Below, one piece after another: positions 1 to 13,290 of a stretch of DNA of 64,000 bases. Source of the stretch: Octopus bimaculoides (Eukaryota); contig NC_068984.1 of NCBI RefSeq assembly GCF_001194135.2, forward strand, positions 15,435,549 through 15,499,548, given 5' to 3'. Numbering within the stretch: position 1 is the stretch's first letter; each line of letters opens with the position of its first letter. The notes under the pieces were generated by a model. The model was not told where the DNA came from. It saw nothing but the letters and a program-made list of their open reading frames with translations, and made no database searches. The position numbers and the translations under genes are program-made.

Positions 1-1270
1 GGCTCTGGTGGTAAAAACTGCTTAGACAACGAGAATATTTATGTTATCAGAAAATTAACTGAAATAACCTTCAATCATGTGGCCGATGTAGTTAGGCTTA
101 GTAACCTATTAGCTAAGTTCATTACAGTATTACAAAAGAATACAGACAAGATAACAAGGCAAAGGAAAAATACTCTCTATAAATAGGTACTACTAGAATG
201 AATAATTGAAACATTGGTTCTTTAAAGCTGGTAGTATATCAAATCACAGCAAAAAGAGAAAAACCTAAGAAAAATAAACAAAATATTCACTACATAAAAC
301 CAAAATTGNNNNNNNNNNNNNNNNNNNNNNNNNNNNNNNNNNNNNNNNNNNNNNNNNNNNNNNNNNNNNNNNNNNNNNTTTTTTTTTTTCTAATGGCATA
401 TCTCATGGGAGGGAGAATCGATATGCAGATTTCTCGGTACATCTTTACTTTCCATCAGGTAATAAACTTTCTAATTTCCAAGTATATTGCATTAAATTTT
501 ATGAAATTATTGTTATATAAATTTAAATAACAAAGCAGGTTTTTTGATGATTCTACATTCATTAAATTTTTTTTTTTAATGTTTAGCTAGAAATTTAGAG
601 ATTGCAACTTAATGAATGGTAGTCAGCAAAGTTTCCATCCTATTGTTATTATCTGATACAAAAGCAAACATAAATGTGTAAAAGTTTCTTTCACAAACAT
701 CTGTAACAGAACTCAATAAACATAATAAATTCTTCAGGGATTAGCATGTATTACTAACAATTATGCAGGGTAAGTCAGTAGATAATATTAAAAAATCAAA
801 ATTACAAAGGAAGCATAATTATGAGAACAATTCACACATGTTTGAGGATTACAAACAAGAGAGTACTCAATACATGTAACAGAGTTTAAATGGAAAGGCT
901 AAGGTGTAACTACTCAATGCTTATTCATTTTCAGTTGTTGCATATGTTGTTATTTTTTTACTCACTTGAATTATCACAATTAACAACAGAATGAATCATA
1001 ACTATATATAGCTTGGCTTTTTGCCTGGTCTCCAAGAACCCATATATATTAAAGGGAGGAGAACCGAATGCAGAATGCATGGTACCAAATGGATACCCCC
1101 AAAGCATTGTGCCAATGCTCTAACAATCCACCAGTTCATCACCCTAAATTGCTGCTATATATTTAACGAGCCCAGAAGTATGGATGGCAACGGTGACCTG
1201 GTTGGGATTTGAACTCAGAGGGCAGAAGGCCAGAACAAACAGTGATTCAAAGAACTCTGTGAATTCAGCA

Positions 1271-1272
<2 letters not shown>

Positions 1273-1321
<49 letters not shown>
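1273..1321. repeat. (GT)n microsatellite
   Basis: Direct reading. Confidence 0.95.
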
Positions 1322-1322
<1 letters not shown>

Positions 1323-2134
1323 CCTTATCCCTTTACCTAGAATCACTGCTCTACTCTATCTCCTATCCCTCCTTGATTATAGGGGCCACTTTAGCCTTGA
1401 AACTACAAGGTGATCTTCACTAGTCCAGTACCATGAAAAAAATTCTATACAATGTCAAGTGGTTGGTGTTAGGAAGGGNNNNNNNNNNNNNNNNNNNNNN
1501 NNNNNNNNNNNNNNNNNNNNNNNNNNNNNNNNNNNNNNNNNNNNTATATATATATATATATATAGCTTCTTCTTATATAGTATAATCTTACTTAGTATAT
1601 AGTATCAGTTACCACACTAATAAAACTATTTAATAAACAATTTAATAAACTATTTAATAAACTATTTAATAAACAATAAAATCATTATTTGAGAAGCCAT
1701 TAACTCAGGCAATTCTAAAATTCATAGTGTGAGTGTGAAAGAGAGAGAAAAGAACTCAGTTATAAGAAAGGCAGTATTTAAGTAAAAAGTTTATGGTATT
1801 GTGAAGTGATGCTCATAAAATGCAGAGTAAACAGAATTACAGAGATGAGCATTTAAAAAAATACAAAAAAAAATGTATATGAAACAAAAACAATGCACTT
1901 GTACATTATTTTTCACACTTTGCTATTTAGCCTCATCTTTACTTCTAAACATTTTATCACATTATTACAAGTAGATTGTTACAAAGCAAGTATCTTACTA
2001 TACATCCTGACCTTTTGTGACCTAAATAGACAGCCTGACTATCAGTACTTTGTGCATTGTTATAGGAATTTTGTTACGAAAGAGATTCTGATTCTTTGGT
2101 TAAAGGATGTAACTTAAGTTTAGAAACAAAATAT

Positions 2135-2172
<38 letters not shown>

Positions 2173-5131
2173 CATACATATATATATACATACATACATA
2201 TATGTGTGTGTGTGTGTGTGTAGTAAGAATCATTCTTTGGCAGATGAAACTTTTTCAATTTCCAATGAAATAATTACATTTCGAGAATAACAACACATAT
2301 GCCCATGCCAGCATAGTTAAATAGTTTATTGTGCAAATGTGATTCTGGGTTTGACCTCCACTACACAGCAGTTTTGGCAAGTGACTTGTATGCAAATTCA
2401 ACTTATAACAGAAAGACATCTATGAAATTTGGCAGAATGAAAACGGGCACAATCCTGCAGCATGTGTATATGCACATGTTGTCTACTTGTCCTGTAATTT
2501 AGCGATTTAAGAAAAAACCTCTGAAGGTGATATTCCAGCATGAGTAAAACAAGTTAAAGAATATACACATTAGATAAGCAAAATCTTGGCCTGTTTGAAG
2601 AACTGTTTTTTATTAAAGATTATAATTTCTCTCTCTCATGTGTACAAGCAAGTGGAAATGCATTTTTAGAAACTACCAAGGCTTCCTTTTGTAAGCATAC
2701 AATAGTTTTGCAAAACTGGGAATTGACAAAAGAGATCCTATGCTGCAAACATACACTCGCACAACCTTTAATTTTTTCAATAAAAATCAATAGAAAATAG
2801 CAAAATGTACGGGAGTTATTAAAACTGAAGCACAAAATCGTTTAAAGATATGTTTGAAAACCTACAAAGTGCAAAGCAACAACCCTAGCAAACAATAGCA
2901 GGAAGAAGGGGAAATTTTAATGAGTTTAGGCTTAGCTTAAATTAAAAAAAGGAAGTAAAACGCCCTTTGATGCTCATCTAATTTCTGTAACAATAAGCAA
3001 ATGAGAAAGAAATATCAGCTGTGCTGAATAGTGAGTATAAGACCTGGTATCTTTTATCTCAATAAACTAAGTAGAATTAAGTGTTTTGGTTTGAGAAACA
3101 ACACATCACATGACTCAAGATCTAATAGACAGATAACAGTGTTCCATCTACTGAGTAAAGATAGTAGCTCATTAAATTAAATAAAAATAGGCTTGGCTAT
3201 ACAGCCATGAACTATACAAGTAATGACTGCTTGTCTACTGTTTCTTACAGATATTGGCTGCAAAGTAGAATTGTAGAAACTATCAAGCAAGAACAGTTCA
3301 AATGGTGCAGTATTTGTATCTAAAGCTATTATAAAGAGCATAAAATTGAGAGTAAACAAATGACCAACAAGCTGAATTATTATCCACCGGTATCTGGTCA
3401 CACATGTTTTTATGTCAAAGACAATTAACTCTCAATGGTCCAAACTAATAATCTGCAAATAGCTACCAAAAATGAAGTATACATAATTCACTGAAGGAAA
3501 CAAGAGGCACTTCAATTGACAGTCGTATCGTGATTAACAAGCAGCACTATTTTCAAATTTCTTTCATAAGCAAACTATGGGAGATCCAAGAGAAATATCC
3601 TTTAATTTGACATCTTGAAAACTTAAATCAGCTGCAGCAATAGTGGTAGTTAAGAAAATGTATATCAATATATGCTCTGCTGCAACAAACTTCAAACTGT
3701 GTCAGCAATGTATATTGCAAATAAACAGGTTCACTTTCACAGTCATGAATTAAGAAAGTGAATTTGTAAATGGTATCTATACAAACAAAGCTACACATAC
3801 ACAAGAAACAAAATACTTGTGTAGATATTATCAAAGAAGCAATTACCAAAATAAATTCCTAAATTATCCTTAAGGTTATACCTCTTATATACACACATGA
3901 TAAAAAAAATTTGTGAGCTAAAATGGAAAATAGTCGATGAAAAAATTCAGAAGTTCAGCAATTGCAAATCTATTTTTATGAACATTATATCAACTACATT
4001 GCTACATGACTATTGAACTGTGTCAACTTTTACAATAACAATAGCTCTTCATTTACATAACAGAGCATTTCCAATTTCTTCCTTCTTGCTCTGAGCCAGC
4101 TAAGAATACTTGTAACATTTAACTATACATCAATAACAACCATAATGAAATACTAACACCATAGGGTGGAAAATTTAACAAAATGACATTATAGTTGGTG
4201 CTGTTTAGTATCAAATCAGCCTTGGTCAAGTAGAGTTACAGTCAAAGGCATTCAAGCCATCATCATTCAGCCTTTAACATCAAGGACAGCATCATTCAAT
4301 ATTATCCTGGTTTCACATCTTGGCATTTTGCTTTAAGGCAATTTGGTCATTTCTTCTAGACAGTCAAGTAGCTACATAAAGACTCTCCAATTATCAGATG
4401 AGCTAGATAATTCAATTGTAACTGAACATTTATTATTCTATTTTCTCGCGTTTCCTGACACTCCTCAAGCTTGATTAATTCAATGCAATGTGAATAAACA
4501 AGCATTACAGTTGACAATAAATGCTAAAGGGTTTTTAAAAAAGGATAAATAGTGGAAGCTAGTCTGCTAATATCCAATCAGCATTGTTCATGCTCAATGA
4601 TCCTGCAGTTATCTGATAGTTTACAAATACTTTCACTCAGAAAAACATAATTCACCAATACAATTAAGGAAGGACTCTTTAGTCTAGCTTCAGCAACACA
4701 ATGAAAAACAAGATACATTTTTCTGCACCGTTTATAGATTGTTGCAACATATCAGAATGAGGGAGATTCTTATGGAACTGAATGAAAATGCTTTTATGAC
4801 ACAAAATAGAGAAGATATCTTCATTTAATATATCCAACTTTTTTTTTCCCCCAGCTAAAAAAGCATTTCTACAGCCAAAAATAAAATAAAATAGAGCGAA
4901 TTTTAGCCAAAGACCATAACAAGAAATGGTCTTATTTTCATGTGAGAAATATAAATGAAGTGCAGGAAAGAAAAAGTTGTGCAAAGAATAATGGGCGTTT
5001 AAGCATAAACTTTTCATAAATAGCAAATAATAAACAAGAAGACCATGCTAACATTTAAAATCGAACTTTGTTGCTGCAAAAAGAGAAAGATATTAGATAT
5101 GAAGACAATTCCCTTAGTCTAAAGAACCTAC

Positions 5132-5198
5132 CTCGCAACATCCTTCACCTCAACACATTTCCCAAAGGTGCCTTCACCAAGGGTCTGAATAATTTCAT
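5132..5198 (-). CDS. CLK2: CLK2/Doa LAMMER kinase exon (kinase subdomain I, Gly-rich loop)
   Basis: Minus strand reads tttcag|AT GAA ATT ATT CAG ACC CTT GGT GAA GGC ACC TTT GGG AAA TGT GTT GAG GTG AAG GAT GTT GCG AG|gtaggt = (Y)EIIQTLGEGTFGKCVEVKDVA. It is 67 nt and completes the split Tyr codon (T|AT) from the upstream exon. LGEGTFG is typical of CLK/LAMMER kinases. Confidence 0.96.
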
Positions 5199-6675
5199 CT
5201 GAAATTAAATATAATGCTCAAATAATCCCTAGTATATGACAAATGGTACTGGTTAATTACCAGTTTAGAAAAACACTTCATAGCAATGCAACAAGAGGCT
5301 GGCAGCGAAACTACATAAAAACGGTATTTATCTTATTTTGAAAACTGAAAGGCTCAATGGATGAGAGTAAGTTACAGTTTTACAGCAATATAGTTTTCAT
5401 CCATTAGGATAGATTTAACACACTTTTGAAGTAGACAAATTAGCTTCATACTTGGGGTAAATGAATAAGACTTATGACAAATATATTTTAAGCTATCAAA
5501 TATGCACTGAAGCATCCAAATAAAGTACCTCATATATGAGAGGTCAGAGAACTTTAAAATAGTTTTTCATAGTAAATGCTTTAATGTATCCTAATATATT
5601 TCAACTAGTGATTGCTTTTCAACTAGCTTCTTAAAGCTATAAGCTATATATATGTATGGACATATAAAAATGCAAAAGTATTTTTTTTTTAAATAAAAGC
5701 TAGTATTGTTGTTCTGAAATGATGTTGAAAAGTATAATGAATACATTAAAGTCTTCGTTAAAAAATGTCTAAGGTGTGTATTTATCTGTACACATCACAG
5801 TATCTTCCAATATTATATGAAAATGTCAGATGTGTCCTTAAAGATTTTGACATATCTAATGAAACAAATTCTAATTTTCGTAGTTATATTCAGTTCAATG
5901 TATCAGATATGTTTCTAAGGCATGTAAAACATTAAGGACTGAAAATTTAATATATATATATATATATNNNNNNNNNNNNNNNNNNNNNNNNNNNNNNNNN
6001 NNNNNNNNNNNNNNNNNNNNNNNNNNNNNNNNNNNNNNNNNNNNNNNNNNNNNNNNNNNNNNNNNNNNNNNNNNNNNNNNNNNNNNNNNNNNNNNNNNNN
6101 NNNNNNNNNNNNNNNNNNNNNNNNNNNNNNNNNNNNNNNNNNNNNNNNNNNNNNNNNNNNNNNNNNNNNNNNNNNNNNNNNNNNNNNNNNNNNNNNNNNN
6201 NNNNNNNNNNNNNNNNNNNNNNNNNNNNNNNNNNNNNNNNNNNNNNNNNNNNNNNNNNNNNNNNNNNNNNNNNNNNNNNNNNNNNNNNNNNNNNNNNNNN
6301 NNNNNNNNNNNNNNNNNNNNNNNNNNNNNNNNNNNNNNNNNNNNNNNNNNNNNNNNNNNNNNNNNNNNNNNNNNNNNNNNNNNNNNNNNNNNNNNNNNNN
6401 NNNNNNNNNNNNNNNNNNNNNNNNNNNNNNNNNNNNNNNNNNNNNNNNNNNNNNNNNNNNNNNNNNNNNNNNNNNNNNNNNNNNAATTTCTTAAAATCAA
6501 AATAAATAATTAAATTTATCAAAAGGTGGGAGAATTTAATGAAACGCAAAAAAAAAATTTTATGAGACAAATTATGTTTTGGAGAAATTGAAAATAAAAA
6601 AGCTATCGCCCCAGTTGATTTAGAAACAAAAATATGCTAGATATTTCATACAGGGATATGAAATATATATATATG

Positions 6676-6706
<31 letters not shown>

Positions 6707-7789
6707 ATATCAAGAGTAGTCTAGTATACAACACTTGATTTTTAAGCTACACTGCAGACGTGGAAGACGCAAATTCTTGTTTCAAGTGTTTATAATAACA
6801 AAAAATAATATGGAAATATCTTCAGTATAATTTAAATCCACTGAACATCATTAAATTAATTAATTATTTAGTATTAAAACTAACATTATTTCAAGTTTAC
6901 ATCTTCTACAACACAGTTTAAATCTTAAAAAGGGCATTGAAAATATGAGAATTAAAAAAAAAATTTAAACCAACTACTCATTGATTGTAACTAAAATTTG
7001 CTAACTCTATCCAAACAATTACTATATTAAAAAATCAATTTGTCCTAATTGTATTTCAAGATAAAACTTAGCAATTATTACCCCATCTTTTAAATTAACA
7101 TTATGAAATCAAAATTTCACTAAGCTTTCGGTTATTGCCATTTATTTATATCTTTCCATTTATTTTATTTTAATGCATATTCAAAGAGTAATTAAATTTT
7201 TTTTTTTTTTATATTTTAAAAATTAATCCATAAAATACTAAAATATTAAATTTAAGTGTATTTTATAGGAATGTGTTTATAAGAAAGAATGAAAAATGCA
7301 TTCATTTTTCAGCAGTTTATATTTCAATTAAAAATAATAGAACTAATGCCTACAAAAGATGGCATGGTTCAAATATAGTTGATCTTCCAATAGTTAGAAG
7401 ACCAAGATAAAAACAATCATATATACAATAGGCATTAAAAAAAACTTAGGATAAATTTAAATCAAGAAAAATGTGTAATTTTGGATATCCCCCAACCCAA
7501 ATTTTTTAATTTTAAATTCTTATAGAAAGAATAAAAATGACAATAGAAGGGGAAATTAGATTAGAGATAAGGAAATGTTAAAGAGAGAAATAAAGAAAGT
7601 TGAATTTTAGGATTTAAGAAGAAAATTGGGGGAAGGGGTAAAAGAAACAAAGATAAACAAAAACATTAATACATTTTTGGGAAAAATTGGAGAAAAAAAA
7701 ATTCAGGAAAAAATGGAAAAAAAAAAAATGAAAAAAAAAAAAAGAAGTCAAATAATATCCTAGGCTAAACGTTACGAAATGATGAGTAC

Positions 7790-7886
7790 ATCGAGCCTGA
7801 AGAACGTCTCCCGGGTGATAGATCAGGTGACCATCTTCGTCGTCCTCGATGCAGGGCGCTCCAGCAATGAGTTCAGGGTGGTCCTG
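7790..7886 (-). CDS. CLK2: CLK2/Doa exon equivalent to vertebrate CLK exon 4
   Basis: acag|CAG GAC CAC ... = QDHPELIAGAPCIEDDEDGHLIYHPGDVLQAR+T, ending CGAT|gtactc. The DDxxGHLIY motif is diagnostic of the segment just before the CLK kinase domain. 97 nt (94 nt with the second NAGNAG acceptor). Confidence 0.95.
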
Positions 7887-8766
7887 CTGTTTGTGTCCGC
7901 CCCAACGTATTTCATCCCCCATTCATTCATTCAGCAGCACATATCATTCCCCAGCAAGCGAACGTATCAATCAGATGGGTGAGCAGCAGTAGAGTTCGTT
8001 CACATCCGTAGCACCGAATTTTTCAATGCCGCAACAGTGAGGCCAGCCAATTCAGGGTACATATGAGATAAACAAGGGTAGGCAAGGCCAAGTAAAGATA
8101 GTGTCACATACAAGCAACAAAAGATTTCAAAAAAACAAATGTATATAGATATATTTATATATATATTGAGAGATAAGAGACATGTAAGATCACTTTAAAG
8201 CCAAGTGGGGATCAATATTTTAAGAATTTAATTTTTCATGCAGTATCAATAAATTATTAAATTGCTTATCTATGGATTGTTTTTTACACCAAAAATATTT
8301 ATCATACAACTGAAATCAGCATAATTGAATAAAAGCTATTTACTAATATATTAATAAAGCATTTAAATATCATTATGACAAAATTAAAAGGCAAGAATGT
8401 ATATATATTTAACAAAACAATGTAGCAATAGAATTAAATATTACAAAATGAACTAAAGAAATAAAAATGAATATTTAATTGTATAGAATAGCTTCAAAGA
8501 ATACATATAAATATACAAAAAAAAGTTATATCAATGATGCAATTTTAGCAAAAAAAATAAATAAATAAAAATAACACTGACAATCATATTGAATTACAAG
8601 TTAAAAATATATATCTCAATGACATTAAATTTAGTTAAATCACAAATGCAGGGCTGTCAGGTATTTAAGGTTCAGTTCATGGTTGACCCTCAACATGGAA
8701 GTATTTATGGAAATACCTTCCCTAATGAAAAGAGAAATAAAAACATTCCAAAAAGACCTTGATTAC

Positions 8767-8768
<2 letters not shown>

Positions 8769-8845
<77 letters not shown>
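8769..8845. repeat. (AC)n microsatellite
   Basis: Direct reading. Confidence 0.95.
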
Positions 8846-8848
<3 letters not shown>

Positions 8849-9996
8849 AATAGCCAGTCCCTAACAGTATATTTAATTTTTAAAAAAAAAAGAAAGAAAA
8901 AAACCATGCTTTATATAATTCCAAGTATGCTCAAAATTTTGATCCTACACTAACTGCACCCTCATTCTTTCTCCCTCTCTCACATACACATATATATATA
9001 TAAGGAAAGAAATAGATGTAGTGAAGAATGAAGTGAAACATGCAGAAAAAAAGCATTACAATCTTGTTATAGAAAGTGTAAGTAAATTAAATTTTCATTT
9101 TCGTTGCATCAGCACAAACATGTGTAAATGATGGCCAGCCACAAATTTAGTTTACCAGCTTCCATGAGGATACAAAATAAAGAAGAAAAAGTGCAATATC
9201 AACTTATTTTGCCTATGTTTAACCATATGTTAACCACCAGTAACAGATATTATCAAAAGCACTTAAAACTAGAGATAAAAATTAGGGAAAAAGTATGGTA
9301 ACATAGTTTATGGAAGAAGCACAAGATAGAAGTAAAGTGTTGAAAATGTGAACTTTAGCTAAAAGGAAAACTAACATTGTGCCAAAAATAAAAATGATAT
9401 TGGAGATGGCGGGGAAACGAGTATTGTCTTAACTAAGGACCCAACTTTTATCAGAATGAATGATTCAGGGAAGCAATAATGGCTTTTTGTCTATATTAGC
9501 TATGTGTAGTTATGAGCAGTGTGTGCGTGTGTGTGTGTGCATGCGTGCTCGCGTTTGTAATTTACATTGGCACATATATATATGTACCATAAGTAAAAGG
9601 TGATTCTGAGAGTTCCCCCACCATTTTAAACCCCAAACTCAGTAATATACTCATAATTTCGAAATTATTTTTAGCTCTAGTGTAATGCTACCAATTTCAA
9701 GCTTGGCATTTTGTATTAAATTACTAGTAATACACACATGCACACATACACATAAACATACATTCAAATATGTCTAAACATATACACACTAAAGTATGTA
9801 TAAATGTATGTAGCCATATCCCCATAAGCGCGCGCACACATACACACACACAGCTGTAGAGTTTACAAGGTTCACTTTGTAACTATGTGATTTCAGGGTC
9901 TATCCCAATGCAAGGTATCTTGGCCTAGTATCAACAAAAGTACTGGTTGACCAATGTTTTGTAAATGTAATTGGTAGGGGGGAAACTATATGAAAG

Positions 9997-10032
<36 letters not shown>

Positions 10033-10899
10033 ACTTTTGCATCTTTGGCACCATTCGAGCAAGCTAGTGATATCCTGTTTATATCTTTTAAAAAAAAAAA
10101 AATACATGCTGTAGCTGTGATTTTAAAAACTAGTTGAATAAATACTTGAAAAAGAAGTAAAGGTTGGTGACAGAAAAGGCATCCAGCAATAAATTACTGT
10201 CCCAATAAGTCATTGTCCAACCAATGACTGCGTGAAGGGGAGGGGAACTGTTTTTCCACAGCATATTTGTTCTGTGTAGTGTTTTTGAGTTATAACTCAT
10301 CTTCAGATGATCTGAAATCTGAATAAATGGAACTGACTACAGGATACAAACTTTCTTTGTTCTATAGTACCTAAAATGTACCTCCACATATCCATCTCTC
10401 CTGTACAGTTCACATTTGGTCTAACTTCCTAATAAACCCCTGCAATGCACAGTCTCATTGTGTTGATGATGCCTTCCCAAAAGTTAAATTATAGATGGTA
10501 GGGGAGGGAGAGGTAATACTTGCTCTATTATTCTTTTGTGTAGTTCTCTTTTTCCATCTTTTTTTTTTATTTTGTTGATGTGTGTCATCACATTGACATG
10601 TCAAACCAGCAGACCACACTGGTATCAAAACAATGTCTGGCTGCTGTCCTGTCAATTTTTTCCCTTTTTTTTTTACCCCCACTTTAGTTATAAACGGTTT
10701 TTGCCACCCACACATAACTGTGTTGACCCAATACACATTATGTGTGCACATACACACAAACAGATATATACAAAGTAATTTTTCCTATTATAGCAACACC
10801 ACTTAAATCCACTCCCTTTTATACTACCCTTCAAAATATCTTCATGGATCCAACCAAAATCTATGGAAATGAACTACAGTGTTGCCAATTCACTGACAA

Positions 10900-11330
10900 C
10901 TCTGCTTTATTTCCTTCACTTCCTCCACCAACGGAGAAGTGATGAAAGTAGCCAAAACCAATGCTACTGTTCCTCACCTAAGCAACACAACTTTAGTTGA
11001 TTAAGGTTTTTGCCTGTCTCAACTCTTGTATTAAAAGTTTCTTATTAGACTACCTCCATTGCAGCATGTCCTAAGGACAAACTGCTGTTTCCAGCTCCCA
11101 TATCAACACTTGGTTATACACCAGAGTGCAGTTATGACATACACACACTTTCTTCTGGTTTAATAATGGACTTGTTAATTCAGACAGACATACCGCTTAT
11201 GCACACGGCAACACCCTTCATTCCCATTTAAATTTCTGTACATAAATGTCATCCACTTGTTAAACTGGACACCCGGCATCAGTTATGCACTACTTCCATG
11301 AATATATACATTGAGAATGTCATCAAATAG
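10900..11330 (+). mobile_element. Degenerate non-LTR retrotransposon reverse-transcriptase remnant
   Basis: Broken frames resemble RT motifs (CIKSFLLDY ~ WIKSFLSDR; ...HTAYA ~ YADD region), with many stops. Confidence 0.4.
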
Positions 11331-11504
11331 TGGAGAGGCACTGTGATCTAGCTTCTCTTCAACATCAGACAGAAAACTGCAACACGCACAAGGTTCCCTT
11401 CCTTAAAGAGCCAAAAATCAATTGAAATTTTCACTAAAGTACTACCTACACATCTAAAAGTAAAAAACAAATGTGCTGTTTTTACACATTCAAACACTGT
11501 AGAC

Positions 11505-11783
11505 CATAGGTTCTCAAATTGGGCACTAAATGTGGGTATTGAGGAGGTCCAAGTAAGCACTAGTGTCTATGGGAGTGGTAGAGAAAAAGGGGTCATTGGG
11601 AGAAAGGCAATGGATTAAGTTGATGCTAGGAGTTTATATTATTATAGTATTGTATATAAATTATATATCATATTAAATATCAAATGAATCATAGTATATA
11701 TAAATTAGTAAAATATTTATACATTAAAAATATGAATGGGGGTGCTGAGTGGGGTGGTGGCCCAAAAAGTTTGAGAACCTCTG
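11505..11783. mobile_element. hAT (Charlie-like) MITE
   Basis: TIRs cataggttctcaaa ... tttgagaacctctg. 8-bp TSD ctgtagac (11497-11504) / ctgtaggc (11784-11791). Confidence 0.8.
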
Positions 11784-13208
11784 CTGTAGGCAGACAAAAG
11801 AGACTTACGTGGCCAATGGCATTGACTCATTCACTAATACATTATAATCACTAGTTCAAATAGGATCTACCAGGATCATCTTTTGTCAAAGCCCCTGCTC
11901 AACTGAAGCAGTTGGCTGCATGCAATCTGTCTCAGCCCACCTGATGCAACGGATTTCAACATCCCCTACCACAAAGGCTAAAGACAATTTTAAAAATATT
12001 TTCTCAAAGTTACATCTGAATAAGATGCTAATGTCAGAAAATCTTGGTGTCAACCCCCAAGAGTTAGATTAACAACAGAAAAGAATGAAGAATTGTGACC
12101 CTAGAGGATCACAAAGTCCTCCCCATCGCCTGAACGGGACAAATGAACAATTATCCAACACCTAAATAGCTCATTCATTCAGACTTTTCCTTTTTATATA
12201 TCCACAAATCCTTGGGAATATAAAAAATTTACATTACTCTAAATAATTTACAGAATTAATTAAGACAAATAATTCAAATTGGAATTATTTATTTACATGA
12301 CTGCAAATACAACTTTTTAAAATTTTAACTTTAAATACATGAACATCTTAATCCTGATTATGTTCCCAATATTATCAGAAAAGTTTGAAAGAAAATAGAA
12401 TTTCTAATATAGTTACAATGTTTCTGGAGCTGTATCATAGTCACAGAAAATACTGGATAGAAAACTAAATAAATGTGTTTTAAATACAATTAAAAAAAAA
12501 AAACACTTACAATAAACCACTTACAATTATGTAATAAGCAAGCATTATGAAAGCAACTGAGAAAACTACTAAATGTTTCTCTAGCAGAAACAAATGATTT
12601 GTTAGATCGAAACAAAGTGAGAACTATTTCAGTTAATAAAAATTTGACAGCATACCAAAAGGTCAAAATTAGGTCCTTATTAACCAATGATGATATCTTC
12701 AAGAATTTCCAGTAGCTTAACAATTAAACACACAGAAATTACCATACTAAGATTAAAATTTGGAGAACTCAGCCATAAGTTTGAGCTTCTAAAGTGTTTA
12801 AATTTCTATTTGCTCTAAGGAAAGATTCTAATTCCAAATTAAAATGGAAAGAGACCCTTAGTTAAATCAATGGACTTACTATTTCCTGTTGTGTAGAAAC
12901 ATAAAAGCAGAAAAAAGTCTGAAGTAGTTTGAAAAAGAATGTGTATATGTTGAGAGACAGAGAGAGTCACACAGCCAGAGATACAAAGTTTGTGAGCAAA
13001 AAACAAAATTTTCAATGGATGGGATGATAAAAGCTAGATTGGGATTGGGAGAAAATTAATTTAAGTAAAGCAGAAAATGACTTTTTGCAAAGTTTAGGAG
13101 TGGAAATGAAAATAGTGAGACATAATGCAAATGAAAAGAAGTCTGCCAAATTGAAAACATAGTGGCCAAGAGTTCACAATTGAATCTGGAAATAGTATGA
13201 GTCAGGCT

Positions 13209-13290
13209 TCATCATCATCATCATCGTTTAACGTCCGCTTTCCATGCTAGCATGGGTTGGACGATTTGACTGAGGACTGGTGAAACCTTG
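13209..13290 (-). mobile_element. RTE-LINE/OK-SINE-type 3' end fragment
   Basis: (cat)n cgtttaacgtccgctttccatgctagcatgggttggacg. The same tail recurs more than 15 times in the window (for example 26230, 30941, 31285, 36880, 39640, 39845, 46738, 47885). Confidence 0.75.

Noticed and set aside
1-5131. Next CLK exon (ALKIIKN...EINVL) expected downstream
   Set aside because: I could not find it on the minus strand. It presumably lies left of the window, so it is not annotated.
5895-6570. Long ORFs of 100-220 aa in the ORF track (also 306, 16442, 21649, 27981, 29023)
   Set aside because: They are made of N runs (assembly gaps), not real codons.
7779-7982. Plus-strand 67-aa ORF overlapping exon 4
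   Set aside because: Antisense shadow of a coding exon and its constrained intron.
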